A DNA stretch of 64,000 nucleotides from Rhodospirillales bacterium (GTDB lineage: Bacteria > Pseudomonadota > Alphaproteobacteria > CACIAM-22H2): the NCBI GenBank assembly GCA_016794005.1, contig JAEUKY010000016.1, forward strand, positions 27,589 to 91,588, written 5' to 3'. How positions within the stretch are numbered: position 1 is the first letter of the stretch; every line of letters starts with the position of its first letter. The notes below the pieces were generated by a model. It was not told the origin of the DNA and did not search any database. It was given only the letters and a program-made list of their open reading frames with translations. The position numbers and the translations under genes are program-made. Shown piece after piece: positions 1 through 10,356 of the stretch.

Positions 1-639
1 GTGTAGATGCCGTTCCAGACCACCGGACCTGCCTTGTCGAGCATGACGGTGTTGAAAAGGTCGCGCTCCCAGTTCTTCTGGCCGCTGAAGGCCAGCGGGA
101 TCAGGCCGGCGGCCTTGATCTTCTCGAGGACGACGATGGCTTCGTCCCAGCTCTTGGGTTCGGCGGCGCCCACCTTCTCGAGGACCGACTTGTTGTACCA
201 GACCCAGTTCTGGCCGTGGATGTTGACCGGTACCGCATAGAACTTCCCGTTGCGCGAGACGGCCGAGATGATCGCCTCGGGCAGGATCGCTTTCCAGTTC
301 TGCGCCGCCGCGACCGAGTCGACGTCGGCGAGAAGGTTGTTCTCGACCAGATCGTCGAACTGCTTGCCGGTGTTGAACTGCATCGCGGTCGGCGGATCGC
401 CGCCGACGGTGCGGTTGATGGCGGCCGTGCGCGCGTTGGCGCCGCCTGCGATCGCCGTATCGACCCAGGTGCCGCCGGCCTTGGTGAACTGTTCGGCGAA
501 TACGCGAACGGCGGCGGACTCGCCGCCCGACGTCCACCAATGGATGACTTCGGCGCGCTGCTGCGCGGATGCGGCGCCTGCGAGCATCGTCAGGACGGCG
601 GCAGGCACGAGCGCATGGAATCTGGAACGGCCCATTGTT
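1..639 (-). CDS. ABC transporter substrate-binding protein, carbohydrate type (family 1 solute-binding protein). The start codon is at 637-639; the 3' end runs off the left edge of the window.
   Basis: Reverse translation reads MGRSRFHALVPAAVLTMLAGAASAQQ...VIHWWTSGGE...NIHGQNWVWYNK, i.e. a signal peptide followed by sugar-SBP motifs. The frame is open to position 1. A LacI regulator is encoded divergently. Confidence 0.8.
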
Positions 640-664
640 CTCTCTCCCTTTTTCTGCGTCTTGT

Positions 665-692
665 TGCATCGATTTTCTGAAATCGATTACAT
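665..692. promoter_or_regulatory. Candidate LacI-family operator(s) between the divergent SBP and LacI genes: TTGCATCGATTTTC followed by TGAAATCGATTACA.
   Basis: TGAAATCGATTACA (679-692) fits the cre/LacI consensus TGWNANCGNTNWCA at every constrained position. A related half-palindromic copy sits immediately upstream. The region is AT-rich. Confidence 0.4.
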
Positions 693-785
693 TATTGATA
701 CCAGAACTTGGCTTCGCCGGCAAGCCCCGCCCGGTTACCGCAGCCGCTCTTGCGTTGGGACGGATTGCGCTTATCCTCGCGACAC

Positions 786-1826
786 ATGTCGAAGTTCAAG
801 AAAAGCCGAAAGAATGCGGCGCCGGCAAAGATTGCCGACGTTGCGCGTATGGCCGGAGTTTCTTCGGCGACGGTAAGCCGGACGCTCGCCAATCCCGCCA
901 TCGTGACGGAGAGTACGCGCAGCCGCGTCATGGCGGCGGTCCGGAAATGCGGCTACACGCCCAATATCGCGGCGCGAAACCTGCGCGCGCGCAAAAGTCT
1001 GATGGCCCTCGTCGTCGTTCCGAACATCGCCAATCCATTCTTCGCCGAGGTTCTGCGTGGCATCGACTTGAAGCTTTCGGCGAACGGATACGGATTGATC
1101 ATCGCGAATCTCGATGGTTCGGCGGACAAGGAGGCGCGCTATGTGGATCTTGCCGCCGCGGGGCAGGTCGATGGCGTCCTCCTGCTCTGCGGACACATAC
1201 CGCAAGGCGTCAGCCGGTCGCTATTCGATGCCAATGTGCCGATCGTCGCGGCCTGCGAGACCATCCCGGGGGCGGCCATTCCGCAGGTCGAGGTCGACAA
1301 CCGGGCGGCATCGAGAGCGGCGGTCCGCCACCTCGTCGAACTCGGGCACAGGCGGATCGGCTATCTTTCCGGCCCGTCGATCAATGTCCTCGACAAGGCG
1401 AGGCGGGCGGGGTTCATGGACGTGCTTGGTTCGCTTCGACCCGCCGCGGTCTGGGAAGGCGACTTCACGTTTGCCGCCGGTGTCGGCGCCGCAAGACGCA
1501 TGCTCGACATGCCGGCGACGCGTCGGCCGACCGCCGTATTCGCGGCAAACGACGAAATGGCGATCGGATTCCTCAAGACGGCTCACGCGGCGGGCATGAG
1601 CATTCCCGACGACCTGTCGATCGTCGGATTCGATGCGATCGAGTATGCGGAGTACTGCGAGCCGACGCTGACCACCATCTATCAGCCGAGACTTGAGATC
1701 GGCATGCATGCTGCCGATCAGCTCGTACGCCTCATGACGGCACCCGAAAGCAGCCGGCCGGAGATCATCCGTCTCGAAACGAGGCTTCTCGTGCGCGGGA
1801 GCACCGGGACAGCGCCGGCGCCGTGA
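786..1826 (+). CDS. LacI-family transcriptional regulator.
   Basis: N-terminal HTH (KIADVARMAGVSSATVSRTLANP) and a periplasmic-binding-protein-like effector domain. ATG at 786 sits inside the longer ORF 708..1826. Confidence 0.85.
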   Translation: MSKFKKSRKNAAPAKIADVARMAGVSSATVSRTLANPAIVTESTRSRVMAAVRKCGYTPNIAARNLRARKSLMALVVVPNIANPFFAEVLRGIDLKLSANGYGLIIANLDGSADKEARYVDLAAAGQVDGVLLLCGHIPQGVSRSLFDANVPIVAACETIPGAAIPQVEVDNRAASRAAVRHLVELGHRRIGYLSGPSINVLDKARRAGFMDVLGSLRPAAVWEGDFTFAAGVGAARRMLDMPATRRPTAVFAANDEMAIGFLKTAHAAGMSIPDDLSIVGFDAIEYAEYCEPTLTTIYQPRLEIGMHAADQLVRLMTAPESSRPEIIRLETRLLVRGSTGTAPAP

Positions 1827-1848
1827 CCGGACTGGTGTCCCTGCCGGA

Positions 1849-3144
1849 TCAGGTCTGTTCGACCCCGCCGTCCTGATACCGGTACAAGGCGATGACGGCG
1901 GCCATGCCGATGCGCCGCAGCGAATGGAACGGAATCGCCCGGATAGGCGAAAGCGGAAACGGGAGCGCATTGCGATCGCCGGTCAGCGCGTAGGCCGCAA
2001 GTCGTTCCCCCATTGCCGTCTGGAGGCCGACGCCGCGCCCGACGCATCCGACATCGACGACGAGACCCGGCTCCGGCTCGTGCAGATGCGGAAGGAAATC
2101 GGCCGTGACCGCAACGCGTCCACCCCAACGATATTCGAACGGTACGCCGGACAGTTGGGGGAACATCTTGCCGACGACGCGCTCCAGATGCGCCCAGTCG
2201 TCGGGACCTCGAGGCTCGCGAAACGGGCCACGCCCGCCCATGAGAAGCCTTCCGGTATGGTCGAGCCGGAAATAGAGCAGAAGCTTGCGTGTATCCGACG
2301 ACACATGGTCCTGCGGAAAGATCGAGCGCCGCAGGTTGTCCGACAGAGGTGCGGTCGCGACGATGAACGAATTGACGTCGATGAAGGTGCGGCTCAGTCC
2401 CTGCACGAGATCGCCGCCATAGGCGTTGGCGCAGACGATGACCTTGCGTGTCGCGACGTGGCGTCCCGTCGCAGTCCGGACCACGAAGCGTCCGGCCTGC
2501 CGTCCGATTTCGACGACCGGAGTGCCGCCGTGAATCGCGGCGCCCGTGGCCGATGCCGCCTTTGCGAGTCCGCGAGCGTACGAGAGCGGCTGGACCGCAC
2601 CGCCGCGCGGATCGAGCCAACCGGCCCGATACGACGTCGTTCCGAGAAGGTACGCCGTCTCGTCCCGGTCCAGCATGCGCGCGCCGACCCCCCGGCTCGA
2701 CCATTGCCGGACGCGCGCCTTTGCCAGCGCGATGCCGTCTTCCGAATGCGCGCCCTGGATCCAGCCGTTGCGCCGATGGGGAACGTCCATCTTGTATCGG
2801 TCGATCAGGTCGAAGACCCGATCGGCGGTCGTCCCTGCGAACTCGACGAGCCTGTTGCCGATATCCGATCCGAACTTCGCGACGAGTTCGTCGGGATCGA
2901 ACTTGAGACCGGGGATTACCTGACCGCCATTGCGACCCGAAGCGCCCCACCCCGGTTCGCGCGCTTCGAGGAGAGTGACGTCCGCGCCGGCTTTGGCCAG
3001 GTGCAGTGCGGTCGAAAGGCCGGCAAACCCGCCGCCGACGACGCACACGTCGGCCTCGCGATCGACGTCGAGCGGCGGAGCGGCTGCCGGCGGTGTCGCC
3101 GTTGCAGCCCAGAGCGACGGGGCCAGCGGAAACGGCTCGGTCAT
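1849..3144 (-). CDS. FAD-dependent oxidoreductase, DadA/PuuB/OrdL-like.
   Basis: Starts MTEPFPLAPS, with the dinucleotide-binding motif VCVVGGGFAGLSTA. The start overlaps the upstream gene's stop (TCAT at 3141-3144). It is the C-terminal part of a 2541-nt ORF whose 5' portion is an alternate-frame shadow. Confidence 0.8.
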   Translation of the reverse strand: MTEPFPLAPSLWAATATPPAAAPPLDVDREADVCVVGGGFAGLSTALHLAKAGADVTLLEAREPGWGASGRNGGQVIPGLKFDPDELVAKFGSDIGNRLVEFAGTTADRVFDLIDRYKMDVPHRRNGWIQGAHSEDGIALAKARVRQWSSRGVGARMLDRDETAYLLGTTSYRAGWLDPRGGAVQPLSYARGLAKAASATGAAIHGGTPVVEIGRQAGRFVVRTATGRHVATRKVIVCANAYGGDLVQGLSRTFIDVNSFIVATAPLSDNLRRSIFPQDHVSSDTRKLLLYFRLDHTGRLLMGGRGPFREPRGPDDWAHLERVVGKMFPQLSGVPFEYRWGGRVAVTADFLPHLHEPEPGLVVDVGCVGRGVGLQTAMGERLAAYALTGDRNALPFPLSPIRAIPFHSLRRIGMAAVIALYRYQDGGVEQT

Positions 3145-4436
3145 CCGCGGCTGTCCATCCAGCGATAGTACATGACAGACGGTGCCAGAAACCACGGATT
3201 GCCCGTGTAGAGCGGGATCGTCGGGAATGTCAGGTCGTCGAAGCCCGTTGCGCCTGATTTCAGGCCGAGGATCTTCTGGCCGATTCGCATGCCGAGGAAG
3301 CTCGCCATGCCGACCCCCGAGCCGCAATAGCCCATCGCGTAGTGCATCCCGTCGTGCATGCCGGTGTGTGCCAGCTCGTCGAACGTGTAGGCGACGAGGC
3401 CGCACCACGAGTGGCTGACCCGCGTGCCCGCGAGTTCGGGGAACAGACGCACCATCTCGGCATGCAGTTTGGGCCCGCTGACGCGCGGATCGGTTTCGCT
3501 GTGCGAAACGCGTCCGCCGAACAGGATGCGTCGTCCGTCGGGCGAAGCGCGGTAGTAGTAGACGACCTTGCGCGTGTCGCTGACGATGCGGTCCTTCGGC
3601 ATCACCCGCGCCATGGTCTGGGCAGGTATCTCTTCCGTGGCGATGATGTAACTGCCGATCGGAATCACGCGCCGGCGCAGCCACGGCGTAAGCTTCCCGG
3701 TATATCCATTCGTCGCGATCACGACGTCGCGCGCGCGGATCTTGCCGCGTGGCGTTGCGACCGTGAAACCGTCCAAGTCTTGCGTGATATCGATCGCCGG
3801 CGTATGGGGAAAGATCGCGGCGCCGGCTTCCCGGGTGCGACCGAGCAGGCCTGCGTGATAACGGGCGGGATCGACCGAGGCATGGGCGGTCAGGACGACG
3901 CCGCCATGGTAGGCATCCGTCCCGAGTTCGCGCCGCTGTTCCGCACGCGGCACGATCTCGAAGGGAACCTCGAAGTCCTTCGGCTGGTTCGTCATCTGGC
4001 GCGCCAACGCTTCGTACTGGGCCGGGTTGTGCGCGGCATGGAAGCGGCCGGCGACGCGGAAGTCGCAGTCGATCCGCTCGTTGCGAACGAAGTCTCCGAG
4101 CCAGGAGAGCGAACTGCGTCCGTCGCGAAGGATCCGCGCCGCCGCTTCCGGGCCGTGCCGGCGAGCGAGTTCGGCGTGGCCGGGCTTGACGCTTGTCGAG
4201 ACCTGCCCGCCGTTGCGCGTGCTGCAACCCCAGCCGGCATCCTCGGCGTCGAGCATGACCGTATGCCGGCCGCCGCGTGCCGTCTGTAGCGCCGCGTGAA
4301 GTCCTGTATATCCGGATCCGACGACGAGCACGTCGGCTTTGGCGGGGAGGGGCGCCGGCTCGATCGACGGGCGCGGCGCATGGTCCCACCAGTAGGGCGT
4401 GGTCTTGAAACCGTCGGCGAAGATGCTTTGCGTCAT
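3141..4436 (-). CDS. FAD-dependent oxidoreductase, paralogous to 1849..3144 (gamma-glutamylputrescine oxidase-like family).
   Basis: 431-aa ORF with VLVVGSGYTGLHAA. It sits in tandem with its paralog and is translationally coupled to the upstream GMC gene. Confidence 0.8.
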   Translation of the reverse strand: MTQSIFADGFKTTPYWWDHAPRPSIEPAPLPAKADVLVVGSGYTGLHAALQTARGGRHTVMLDAEDAGWGCSTRNGGQVSTSVKPGHAELARRHGPEAAARILRDGRSSLSWLGDFVRNERIDCDFRVAGRFHAAHNPAQYEALARQMTNQPKDFEVPFEIVPRAEQRRELGTDAYHGGVVLTAHASVDPARYHAGLLGRTREAGAAIFPHTPAIDITQDLDGFTVATPRGKIRARDVVIATNGYTGKLTPWLRRRVIPIGSYIIATEEIPAQTMARVMPKDRIVSDTRKVVYYYRASPDGRRILFGGRVSHSETDPRVSGPKLHAEMVRLFPELAGTRVSHSWCGLVAYTFDELAHTGMHDGMHYAMGYCGSGVGMASFLGMRIGQKILGLKSGATGFDDLTFPTIPLYTGNPWFLAPSVMYYRWMDSRG

Positions 4437-6016
4437 CGGGACATGCTCTTTCCTAGCACGAGATCGGCGCCTTTCTCGGCAACCATGATCGTCGGGGCGT
4501 TCGTGTTGCCGGACGTGACGGTCGGGAAGATCGAAGCGTCGATCACCCGCAGGCCGACAATGCCTTTGACGCGAAGCGAATCGTCAACGACATCGGCGCG
4601 AGGATCCGGACCCATCCTGCATGTGCCGACCGGATGGAATACGGTCGAGCCGCGCCGCCTTATGTCGGCCAGATGCTCTTCGTCGCTGCGAACGTCGCGA
4701 CCCGGCAGCATCTCGGCGTCGATGACGGCACGGAACGCAGGCGTATCGGCAAGCCGCCGGAGCAGGCGTGCACCTTCGACCATCTCCTGCCTGTCGTGTT
4801 CGGTGGACAGCGAGTTCGGGAAGATCGACGGCGGCGCGCCGGGATCGGTCGATGCGATTTCGATATGGCCGCGGCTGGTCGGTCGGCAGGGTTGCGCGCT
4901 CAGCAGGAAGCCGGGGAAGGGATCCGGACGCATGAGCGGCCGCTTGCCCGGCGGCGTGCGCGTATAGCTGAGCGGCGAGAAATAGAGCTGCATGTTCGGC
5001 CGGTCGAGTCCGTCGCGCGACCGAACGAATCCGCCACCTTGGTTGACGCTGAGCGCCATCGGTCCGCCGCGGTCGAACAAGTATCGGAGCGCGGCCGCTA
5101 TCTTGCCCGTCCAGGATCCGAATGTCTGGTTCAGAGTCGGGACGTGCGCGCGATAGAGATGGTCGATACAGAGATGATCCTGCAGATTGCGGCCGACCCC
5201 CGGGCTGTCGAGTACGACGTCGGCGCCGCGTGCCTTCAGGCGGTCGGCCGGTCCGACACCGGAAAGCTGGAGAAGTTTGGGCGAGTTGATGCTTCCCGCC
5301 GCGAGAATCACTTCGCGTCGAGCTTGGGCGGAGCGGCGGGTGCCGCCCTTCAGGTATTCGATGCCCCGCGCGCGTCGGCCATCGAATTCGATGCGCGTCG
5401 CGAATGCCCGTGTTTCCACGGCCAGATTTCGGCGCCGCATCGCCGGGCGCAGATAGGCCCGTGCGGCGGAGAGGCGAAATCCGTCCCTCGTGGCAATCCG
5501 GTAGATGCCGACACCTTCCGGATCGGCGGAGTTGAAATCGGGATTGAACGCGAAACCGGCGTCGCGGCCGGCAGCAAGGAAAGTGTCGCAGAGCGGGTGC
5601 ACGGCAGCCGAAACGTCCTCCCCTGCAACCTTCCTCTCCGCGCGCTCGCAATACGGCCAGACGTCGCGAGCCGACCAGCCGGAATTTCCTTCGGCGGCCC
5701 AGTCGTCGAAATCCAGTCTGTGGCCGCGGACATGGACCATCGCGTTGATCGATCCCGATCCGCCGAGGACCTTGCCGCGCGGCCAGTAGCCGCGCCGGTC
5801 CACGAGACCCGGATCCGGCTCTGTGCGGAACATCCAGTTCACGTCGGGATCGAAAAAAGTCATGCCGTAGCCGATCGGCACCTGGATCCGGAAGCGTCTG
5901 TCGCTTCCACCGGCCTCGAGAAGCAGGACCTTGAACCGGCCGCACTCGCTGAGGCGGTCCGCGAGCACGCAACCTGCCGAACCGGCGCCGACGACGATGT
6001 AGTCGAACTCCATCAT
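4433..6016 (-). CDS. GMC-family oxidoreductase (choline-dehydrogenase-like flavoprotein).
   Basis: N-terminus MMEFDYIVVGAGSAGCVLADRLSE, the GMC signature, 527 aa. Its stop overlaps the start of the next gene. Confidence 0.85.
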   Translation of the reverse strand: MMEFDYIVVGAGSAGCVLADRLSECGRFKVLLLEAGGSDRRFRIQVPIGYGMTFFDPDVNWMFRTEPDPGLVDRRGYWPRGKVLGGSGSINAMVHVRGHRLDFDDWAAEGNSGWSARDVWPYCERAERKVAGEDVSAAVHPLCDTFLAAGRDAGFAFNPDFNSADPEGVGIYRIATRDGFRLSAARAYLRPAMRRRNLAVETRAFATRIEFDGRRARGIEYLKGGTRRSAQARREVILAAGSINSPKLLQLSGVGPADRLKARGADVVLDSPGVGRNLQDHLCIDHLYRAHVPTLNQTFGSWTGKIAAALRYLFDRGGPMALSVNQGGGFVRSRDGLDRPNMQLYFSPLSYTRTPPGKRPLMRPDPFPGFLLSAQPCRPTSRGHIEIASTDPGAPPSIFPNSLSTEHDRQEMVEGARLLRRLADTPAFRAVIDAEMLPGRDVRSDEEHLADIRRRGSTVFHPVGTCRMGPDPRADVVDDSLRVKGIVGLRVIDASIFPTVTSGNTNAPTIMVAEKGADLVLGKSMSR

Positions 6017-6071
6017 GCGTCGACGGTCCCATCAGATTGGTCCGTCTGCGAGGACCAGTCTGGAGTGTCTT

Positions 6072-7586
6072 TCATACCATTCTGCGGCCCGACCGGCGCG
6101 CCAGCGCCTCGAGGGCGGGTGCGAGCCTGGCGACGCCTTCCTTGATGTCGCGCGGGCCGACTGCGCCGAATCCGAGCACGAGCCCGTTGTCCTTCGTCGG
6201 CGAGATCGAAAACCGTGCGATCGGCGATACGACGACGCCCTTTTCGGCCGCTGCATCCGTCGCGATCCGCTCGGAAATTCCTTTCGCGAGTCTGCCGATC
6301 GTGTGCAGGCCGCTTTCGGTCGGCACGATCTCGAGAAGTCCGCGCAGCTTCCGGTCGGCTTCTTCGCAAAGCGCCGCGTGCCGCTCGGCATAGACGCGAC
6401 GCATTCGCCGAACGTGCGTGGCGAAATAGCCTTCGTGGATGAAATCCGCGACGATCGCCTGCACGCTGGTCGGAACGCCCTGGATGAAGGATGCCGAGAT
6501 GCGCTCGAACGTCTCGACCAGTGCCGGCGGCACCAGCATGAATCCGAGCCGCAACGCGGGGAAGAGCGATTTGCTGAACGTTCCGACGTAGATGACGAGC
6601 CCGGTCTGATCGACGCTTTTCAGCGTCGGCAGCGGCCGCCGCCCGAACGAGAACTCGCCGTCGTAATCGTCCTCGATGATCCAGGCGCCCGCCTGTTCGG
6701 CGGCCCTCAGCAGGGCGAAGCGGCGCTCGAGGCTCATGATGTGCCCGAGCGGCTGCTGGTGCGAGGGCGTGACGAAGGCGAGACGGAAGTGCCGGCTCTG
6801 TCGAAGCCCTTCGTCGACCCGCAGCCCCTCGCGATCGATGGGAACGGGAACGAGATCGGCACCGCATGCGACCAGTCCGTTGCGCGCGCCGATGGCGCCG
6901 GGATTCTCGAACCAGACCTTGTCGCCCGGGTTCAGCAGGGCGGCGCCGATCTGGTAGAAGGCCTGCTGGGCGCCGCCGACGACGAATATCTGCCCCTTTT
7001 CGCAGGAGATGCCCCTGTTCCCGCGCAGGTGCGTCGCGATCGCTTCGCGTAGGCGCGGATGCCCGTAGGGTTCGCCGTAGCCCATGACGTCGTCCCGGGC
7101 GCCGCGCCAGTGTCTTGCCGCGACCCGGGCCCATTGCGCCATCGGGAACGCATCGTAAGCGGGCAGGGCCGTCACGAAGGCGCGCGGCCGATGGGGCAGG
7201 CGCTCGCGTCGCGAGAAATGGGCGAACGCCCAACCCATCGCGCGCGAAAGCTGGGGCTGCTTGCGCTCTTCGGGCGACTTTCCGGCGCGTGGCGGCGGTT
7301 GCGGGCGTTCGGTGCGCAACGCATCGCTGACGAAGCTGCCCGAACCGACCCGCGATACGATCAGGCCTTCGGCGAGCAGGCGCTCGAACGCTTCGATGAC
7401 AGTGGTGCGCGAAACGCCGAGGTCGCGCGCCAGCGTACGCGTGGCCGGCAGCCGGACGCCGGTGGCAATGCCGCCCGACAGCATCAGTTCCCGCAAAGAG
7501 ACGTAGAGCTGCGTGCCGATCGGTCGCGGCGAAGCGGGGTCGATCTGAATGCCGAGCAGCAATGCCCCGCCCGCCCGCTTCACCAT
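6072..7586 (-). CDS. MocR/GabR-type GntR-family regulator with a PLP-aminotransferase-like domain.
   Basis: N-terminal winged helix (LPATRTLARDLGVSRTTVIEAFERL) plus a roughly 400-aa class-I aminotransferase-fold C-terminus; 504 aa. Confidence 0.85.
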   Translation of the reverse strand: MVKRAGGALLLGIQIDPASPRPIGTQLYVSLRELMLSGGIATGVRLPATRTLARDLGVSRTTVIEAFERLLAEGLIVSRVGSGSFVSDALRTERPQPPPRAGKSPEERKQPQLSRAMGWAFAHFSRRERLPHRPRAFVTALPAYDAFPMAQWARVAARHWRGARDDVMGYGEPYGHPRLREAIATHLRGNRGISCEKGQIFVVGGAQQAFYQIGAALLNPGDKVWFENPGAIGARNGLVACGADLVPVPIDREGLRVDEGLRQSRHFRLAFVTPSHQQPLGHIMSLERRFALLRAAEQAGAWIIEDDYDGEFSFGRRPLPTLKSVDQTGLVIYVGTFSKSLFPALRLGFMLVPPALVETFERISASFIQGVPTSVQAIVADFIHEGYFATHVRRMRRVYAERHAALCEEADRKLRGLLEIVPTESGLHTIGRLAKGISERIATDAAAEKGVVVSPIARFSISPTKDNGLVLGFGAVGPRDIKEGVARLAPALEALARRSGRRMV

Positions 7587-7620
7587 CGCTTCCGCCCCGT
7601 CTCCGGTCTCGACTTCAGAA

Positions 7621-7646
7621 TGGTATCATAGAATTTATAGATTGGA
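7621..7646. promoter_or_regulatory. AT-rich putative operator region in the divergent MocR/enolase intergenic space (TGGTATCATAGAATTTATAGATTGGA).
   Basis: Direct ATAGA repeats and flanking TGGTA/TGGA, in an otherwise GC-rich genome. MocR regulators bind direct repeats. There is also a CCGGG-N9-CCCGG inverted repeat at 7678-7697. Confidence 0.25.
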
Positions 7647-7709
7647 CCTACGAATGCGGCCATTGAGCGCCGATCATTCCGGGCATCGTTATCCCGGGAA
7701 CGGCACGTC

Positions 7710-8816
7710 ATGAAAATCCGCAAGATCGAGACGTTCTGCAACGAGTTCGTCGGCTTCGTGCGCGTGACCGCTGAAGACGGCGCGACGGGCTGGGGGCAGG
7801 TCTCGGCCTACAACGCGGATATCACGTCGCTGATTCTGCACCGGCAGGTCGCACCCTGGTCGCTAGGCCGCGATTGCACCGACATCGCGGGCGCGATCGA
7901 CCTGATTCCGGAGCGCGAGCACAAGTTTCCCGGCAGCTATCTCTGCCGGGCGATGACCGGGCTCGATACCGCCCTCTGGGACATGGCCGGCAAGCGGGCG
8001 GGAAAGAGCGTGTGCGAACTGATCGGCGGCACACCGGGAAAGCTGCGTGCATATGCCTCGTCGATGCGGCGCGACATCGGCGCCCGCGACGAGGCGGACA
8101 GGTTCCTTCGTCTGCGCGAACGCCGGGGATTCGACGCGTTCAAGTTCCGCGTCGGCGCCGAATACGGCCACGACGTGGATGAGTGGCCCGGCCGGACCGA
8201 GGAGATCGTCCCAGCGGTGCGCAAGGCTCTGGGCGACAAGGTGGATCTGCTGGTTGACGCCAACAGCGCGTTTTCGCCTAAGCGGGCCATCGAGGTTGGA
8301 CGAATGCTCGAGGCGAACGGCGTCGGGCACTACGAGGAGCCGTGCCCGTACTGGGAACTCGAGCAGACCCGTAGCGTGCGCGAGGCGCTCTCGATCGACG
8401 TCACCGGCGGCGAGCAGGACTGCTACATCCCGATCTGGCGCCACATGATCGAGATGGGGGCGGTCGACATCGTGCAGCCCGACGTCTGCTATCTCGGCGG
8501 CATGGTGCGCACGCTGCGCGTCGCGGCGATGGCGCATGCCGCAGGGCTTCCGTGCACGCCGCACAGCGCGAACCTCTCGATGGTCACGCTTTTCACGATG
8601 CACCTGCTGCGCGCCATCCCGAACGCGGGCAAGTACCTCGAATTCTCGATCGAGGGGCCGGATTACTATCCCTGGCAGGAAGGACTTTTCCGCAATTCGC
8701 CCTACGACGTCGTGGACGGCCACGTGCGCGTCACGGACGAGCCTGGTTGGGGGGCCGAGATCGATCCCGCATGGCTCGAAAAGGCGGCTTATCAGGCAAG
8801 CGAGGTCGCGGCCTGA
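7710..8816 (+). CDS. Enolase-superfamily enzyme (mandelate racemase / muconate lactonizing enzyme family).
   Basis: 368 aa with the barrel-domain metal-ligand region (LLVDANSAF, HYEEPCPY) typical of MR/MLE proteins. Confidence 0.8.
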   Translation: MKIRKIETFCNEFVGFVRVTAEDGATGWGQVSAYNADITSLILHRQVAPWSLGRDCTDIAGAIDLIPEREHKFPGSYLCRAMTGLDTALWDMAGKRAGKSVCELIGGTPGKLRAYASSMRRDIGARDEADRFLRLRERRGFDAFKFRVGAEYGHDVDEWPGRTEEIVPAVRKALGDKVDLLVDANSAFSPKRAIEVGRMLEANGVGHYEEPCPYWELEQTRSVREALSIDVTGGEQDCYIPIWRHMIEMGAVDIVQPDVCYLGGMVRTLRVAAMAHAAGLPCTPHSANLSMVTLFTMHLLRAIPNAGKYLEFSIEGPDYYPWQEGLFRNSPYDVVDGHVRVTDEPGWGAEIDPAWLEKAAYQASEVAA

Positions 8817-10309
8817 TGTCGGCCAGCTTCGCCGAGCTGACCGCCGAAGCATTGGCGACCGGGACATTGTCGGGCCTGCCGGATCGGCATTTCATCGATG
8901 GGCGTCCGGTAGCGGCCGCATCGGGGCGGCAGATGGACGTCTGCGATCCGGGAACGGCGAGCATCTTCGCGCAGGTCGCCGCCGGCGACGCAGCGGACAT
9001 CGACGCGGCGGTCCTGGCGGCACAGCGCGCCTTGAAAGGTCCATGGGGTAGGATCGTTCCGGCCGAGCGCGGGCGAATACTCGCACGTGCTGCCGCCATG
9101 ATCCGGGCGGAAGCCGAGCGTCTTGCGGTCGTCGAGACCCTCGATTCCGGCAAGCGTCTTGTCGAAGCAAGGGGCGATGTTGCGGGGGCGGCGCGGGCTT
9201 TCGAATACTATGCGGGTGCTTGCGACAAGCTGCAGGGCGACAGCATCCCGTTGGGGCCGGACTATCTCGCCTACACGCTGAATGAGCCGGCGGGCGTGGC
9301 CGCCCAGATCGTGCCTTGGAACTATCCGATTTCGACGCTTGCGCGCGGTCTTGCACCCGCACTGGCGGCCGGTTGCGCCGTCGTTGCCAAGCCCGCCGAG
9401 CAGACGCCGCTGACGGCGCTGATGCTTGCCGATCTGCTGCTGCGCGCCGGGTTGCCGGCCGGCACATTCAACGTCGTGACGGGGACGGGACCGGGTGCGG
9501 GCGCGCCTCTGGTGGCGCATCCCGGCATCGATCACGTCACCTTCACGGGTTCGGTCGTCACGGGTATCGGCGTGATGCGTGCCGCCGCCGCCAACGTCAC
9601 GCGGCTGGTGCTGGAACTCGGCGGCAAGTCTCCGGTGGTCGTCCTTGCCGACGCCGATCTCGATGCCGCCCTCGAAGGCGTTCTTGGCGCCATCTTCGAG
9701 AATGCCGGGCAGATCTGCTCGGCCGGGTCGCGCCTGATCGTCGAGCGGCGCATCCACGCCGCCTTCGTCGAGCGGATCGCCGCGCGCGCACGATCCATGA
9801 AGCTCGGTCACGGGCTTCGGGAGTGCGACATGGGTCCCGTGAACTCGCCGACGCAGCTCGACCGTATCGCGGGATTCGTCGATCGCGCGACCGCGCGCGG
9901 TGCGCGCGTCCTGTGCGGCGGCCGGCGCGACGTCGATCCGCAAAGCGGCCGAGGCTGGTTCTTCCAGCCGACGGTTCTCGACGATCTGGCACCGGACGAC
10001 GAGGCGGTGACGTCGGAAATCTTCGGGCCGGTCCTCGCGGTGCAGATCGCGGACGACGCGGCGCACGCCGTCGAGCTCGCCAATGGCACCGAGTTCGCGC
10101 TGGCGGCCGGCATCTACACCAGGGATTTCGCGACGGCGCACAGGCTGGCGCGCGAGATCGACGCCGGCCAAGTCTACATCAACGAATACTTCGCCGGCGG
10201 CATCGAGACGCCGTTCGGCGGCAATCGCAGATCGGGGTTCGGCCGGGAGAAAGGCCTCGAGGCATTGCGCAGTTACTGCAGGGTCAAGAGCGTGGCGGCG
10301 CGCCTGTAA
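8816..10309 (+). CDS. NAD(P)-dependent aldehyde dehydrogenase.
   Basis: IVPWNYP, GSVVTGIGV and ELGGKSP motifs, with catalytic-Cys context ENAGQICSAGSR. The start overlaps the previous stop (TGATG). Confidence 0.85.
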   Translation: MSASFAELTAEALATGTLSGLPDRHFIDGRPVAAASGRQMDVCDPGTASIFAQVAAGDAADIDAAVLAAQRALKGPWGRIVPAERGRILARAAAMIRAEAERLAVVETLDSGKRLVEARGDVAGAARAFEYYAGACDKLQGDSIPLGPDYLAYTLNEPAGVAAQIVPWNYPISTLARGLAPALAAGCAVVAKPAEQTPLTALMLADLLLRAGLPAGTFNVVTGTGPGAGAPLVAHPGIDHVTFTGSVVTGIGVMRAAAANVTRLVLELGGKSPVVVLADADLDAALEGVLGAIFENAGQICSAGSRLIVERRIHAAFVERIAARARSMKLGHGLRECDMGPVNSPTQLDRIAGFVDRATARGARVLCGGRRDVDPQSGRGWFFQPTVLDDLAPDDEAVTSEIFGPVLAVQIADDAAHAVELANGTEFALAAGIYTRDFATAHRLAREIDAGQVYINEYFAGGIETPFGGNRRSGFGREKGLEALRSYCRVKSVAARL

Positions 10310-10356
10310 ATGGTATTGCCGGCAGTTCTAAATGGCCCTGTTCCACCGACCAAAAT

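Noticed and set aside
1849-4389. 846-aa minus-strand ORF, which looks like one giant FAD oxidoreductase.
   Set aside because: Only the C-terminal 431 aa (from MTEPFPLAPS at 3144) are a coherent FAD-oxidase. The N-terminal half is an Arg/Pro-rich alternate-frame shadow lying over the real 3141..4436 paralog gene, which is in a different frame.
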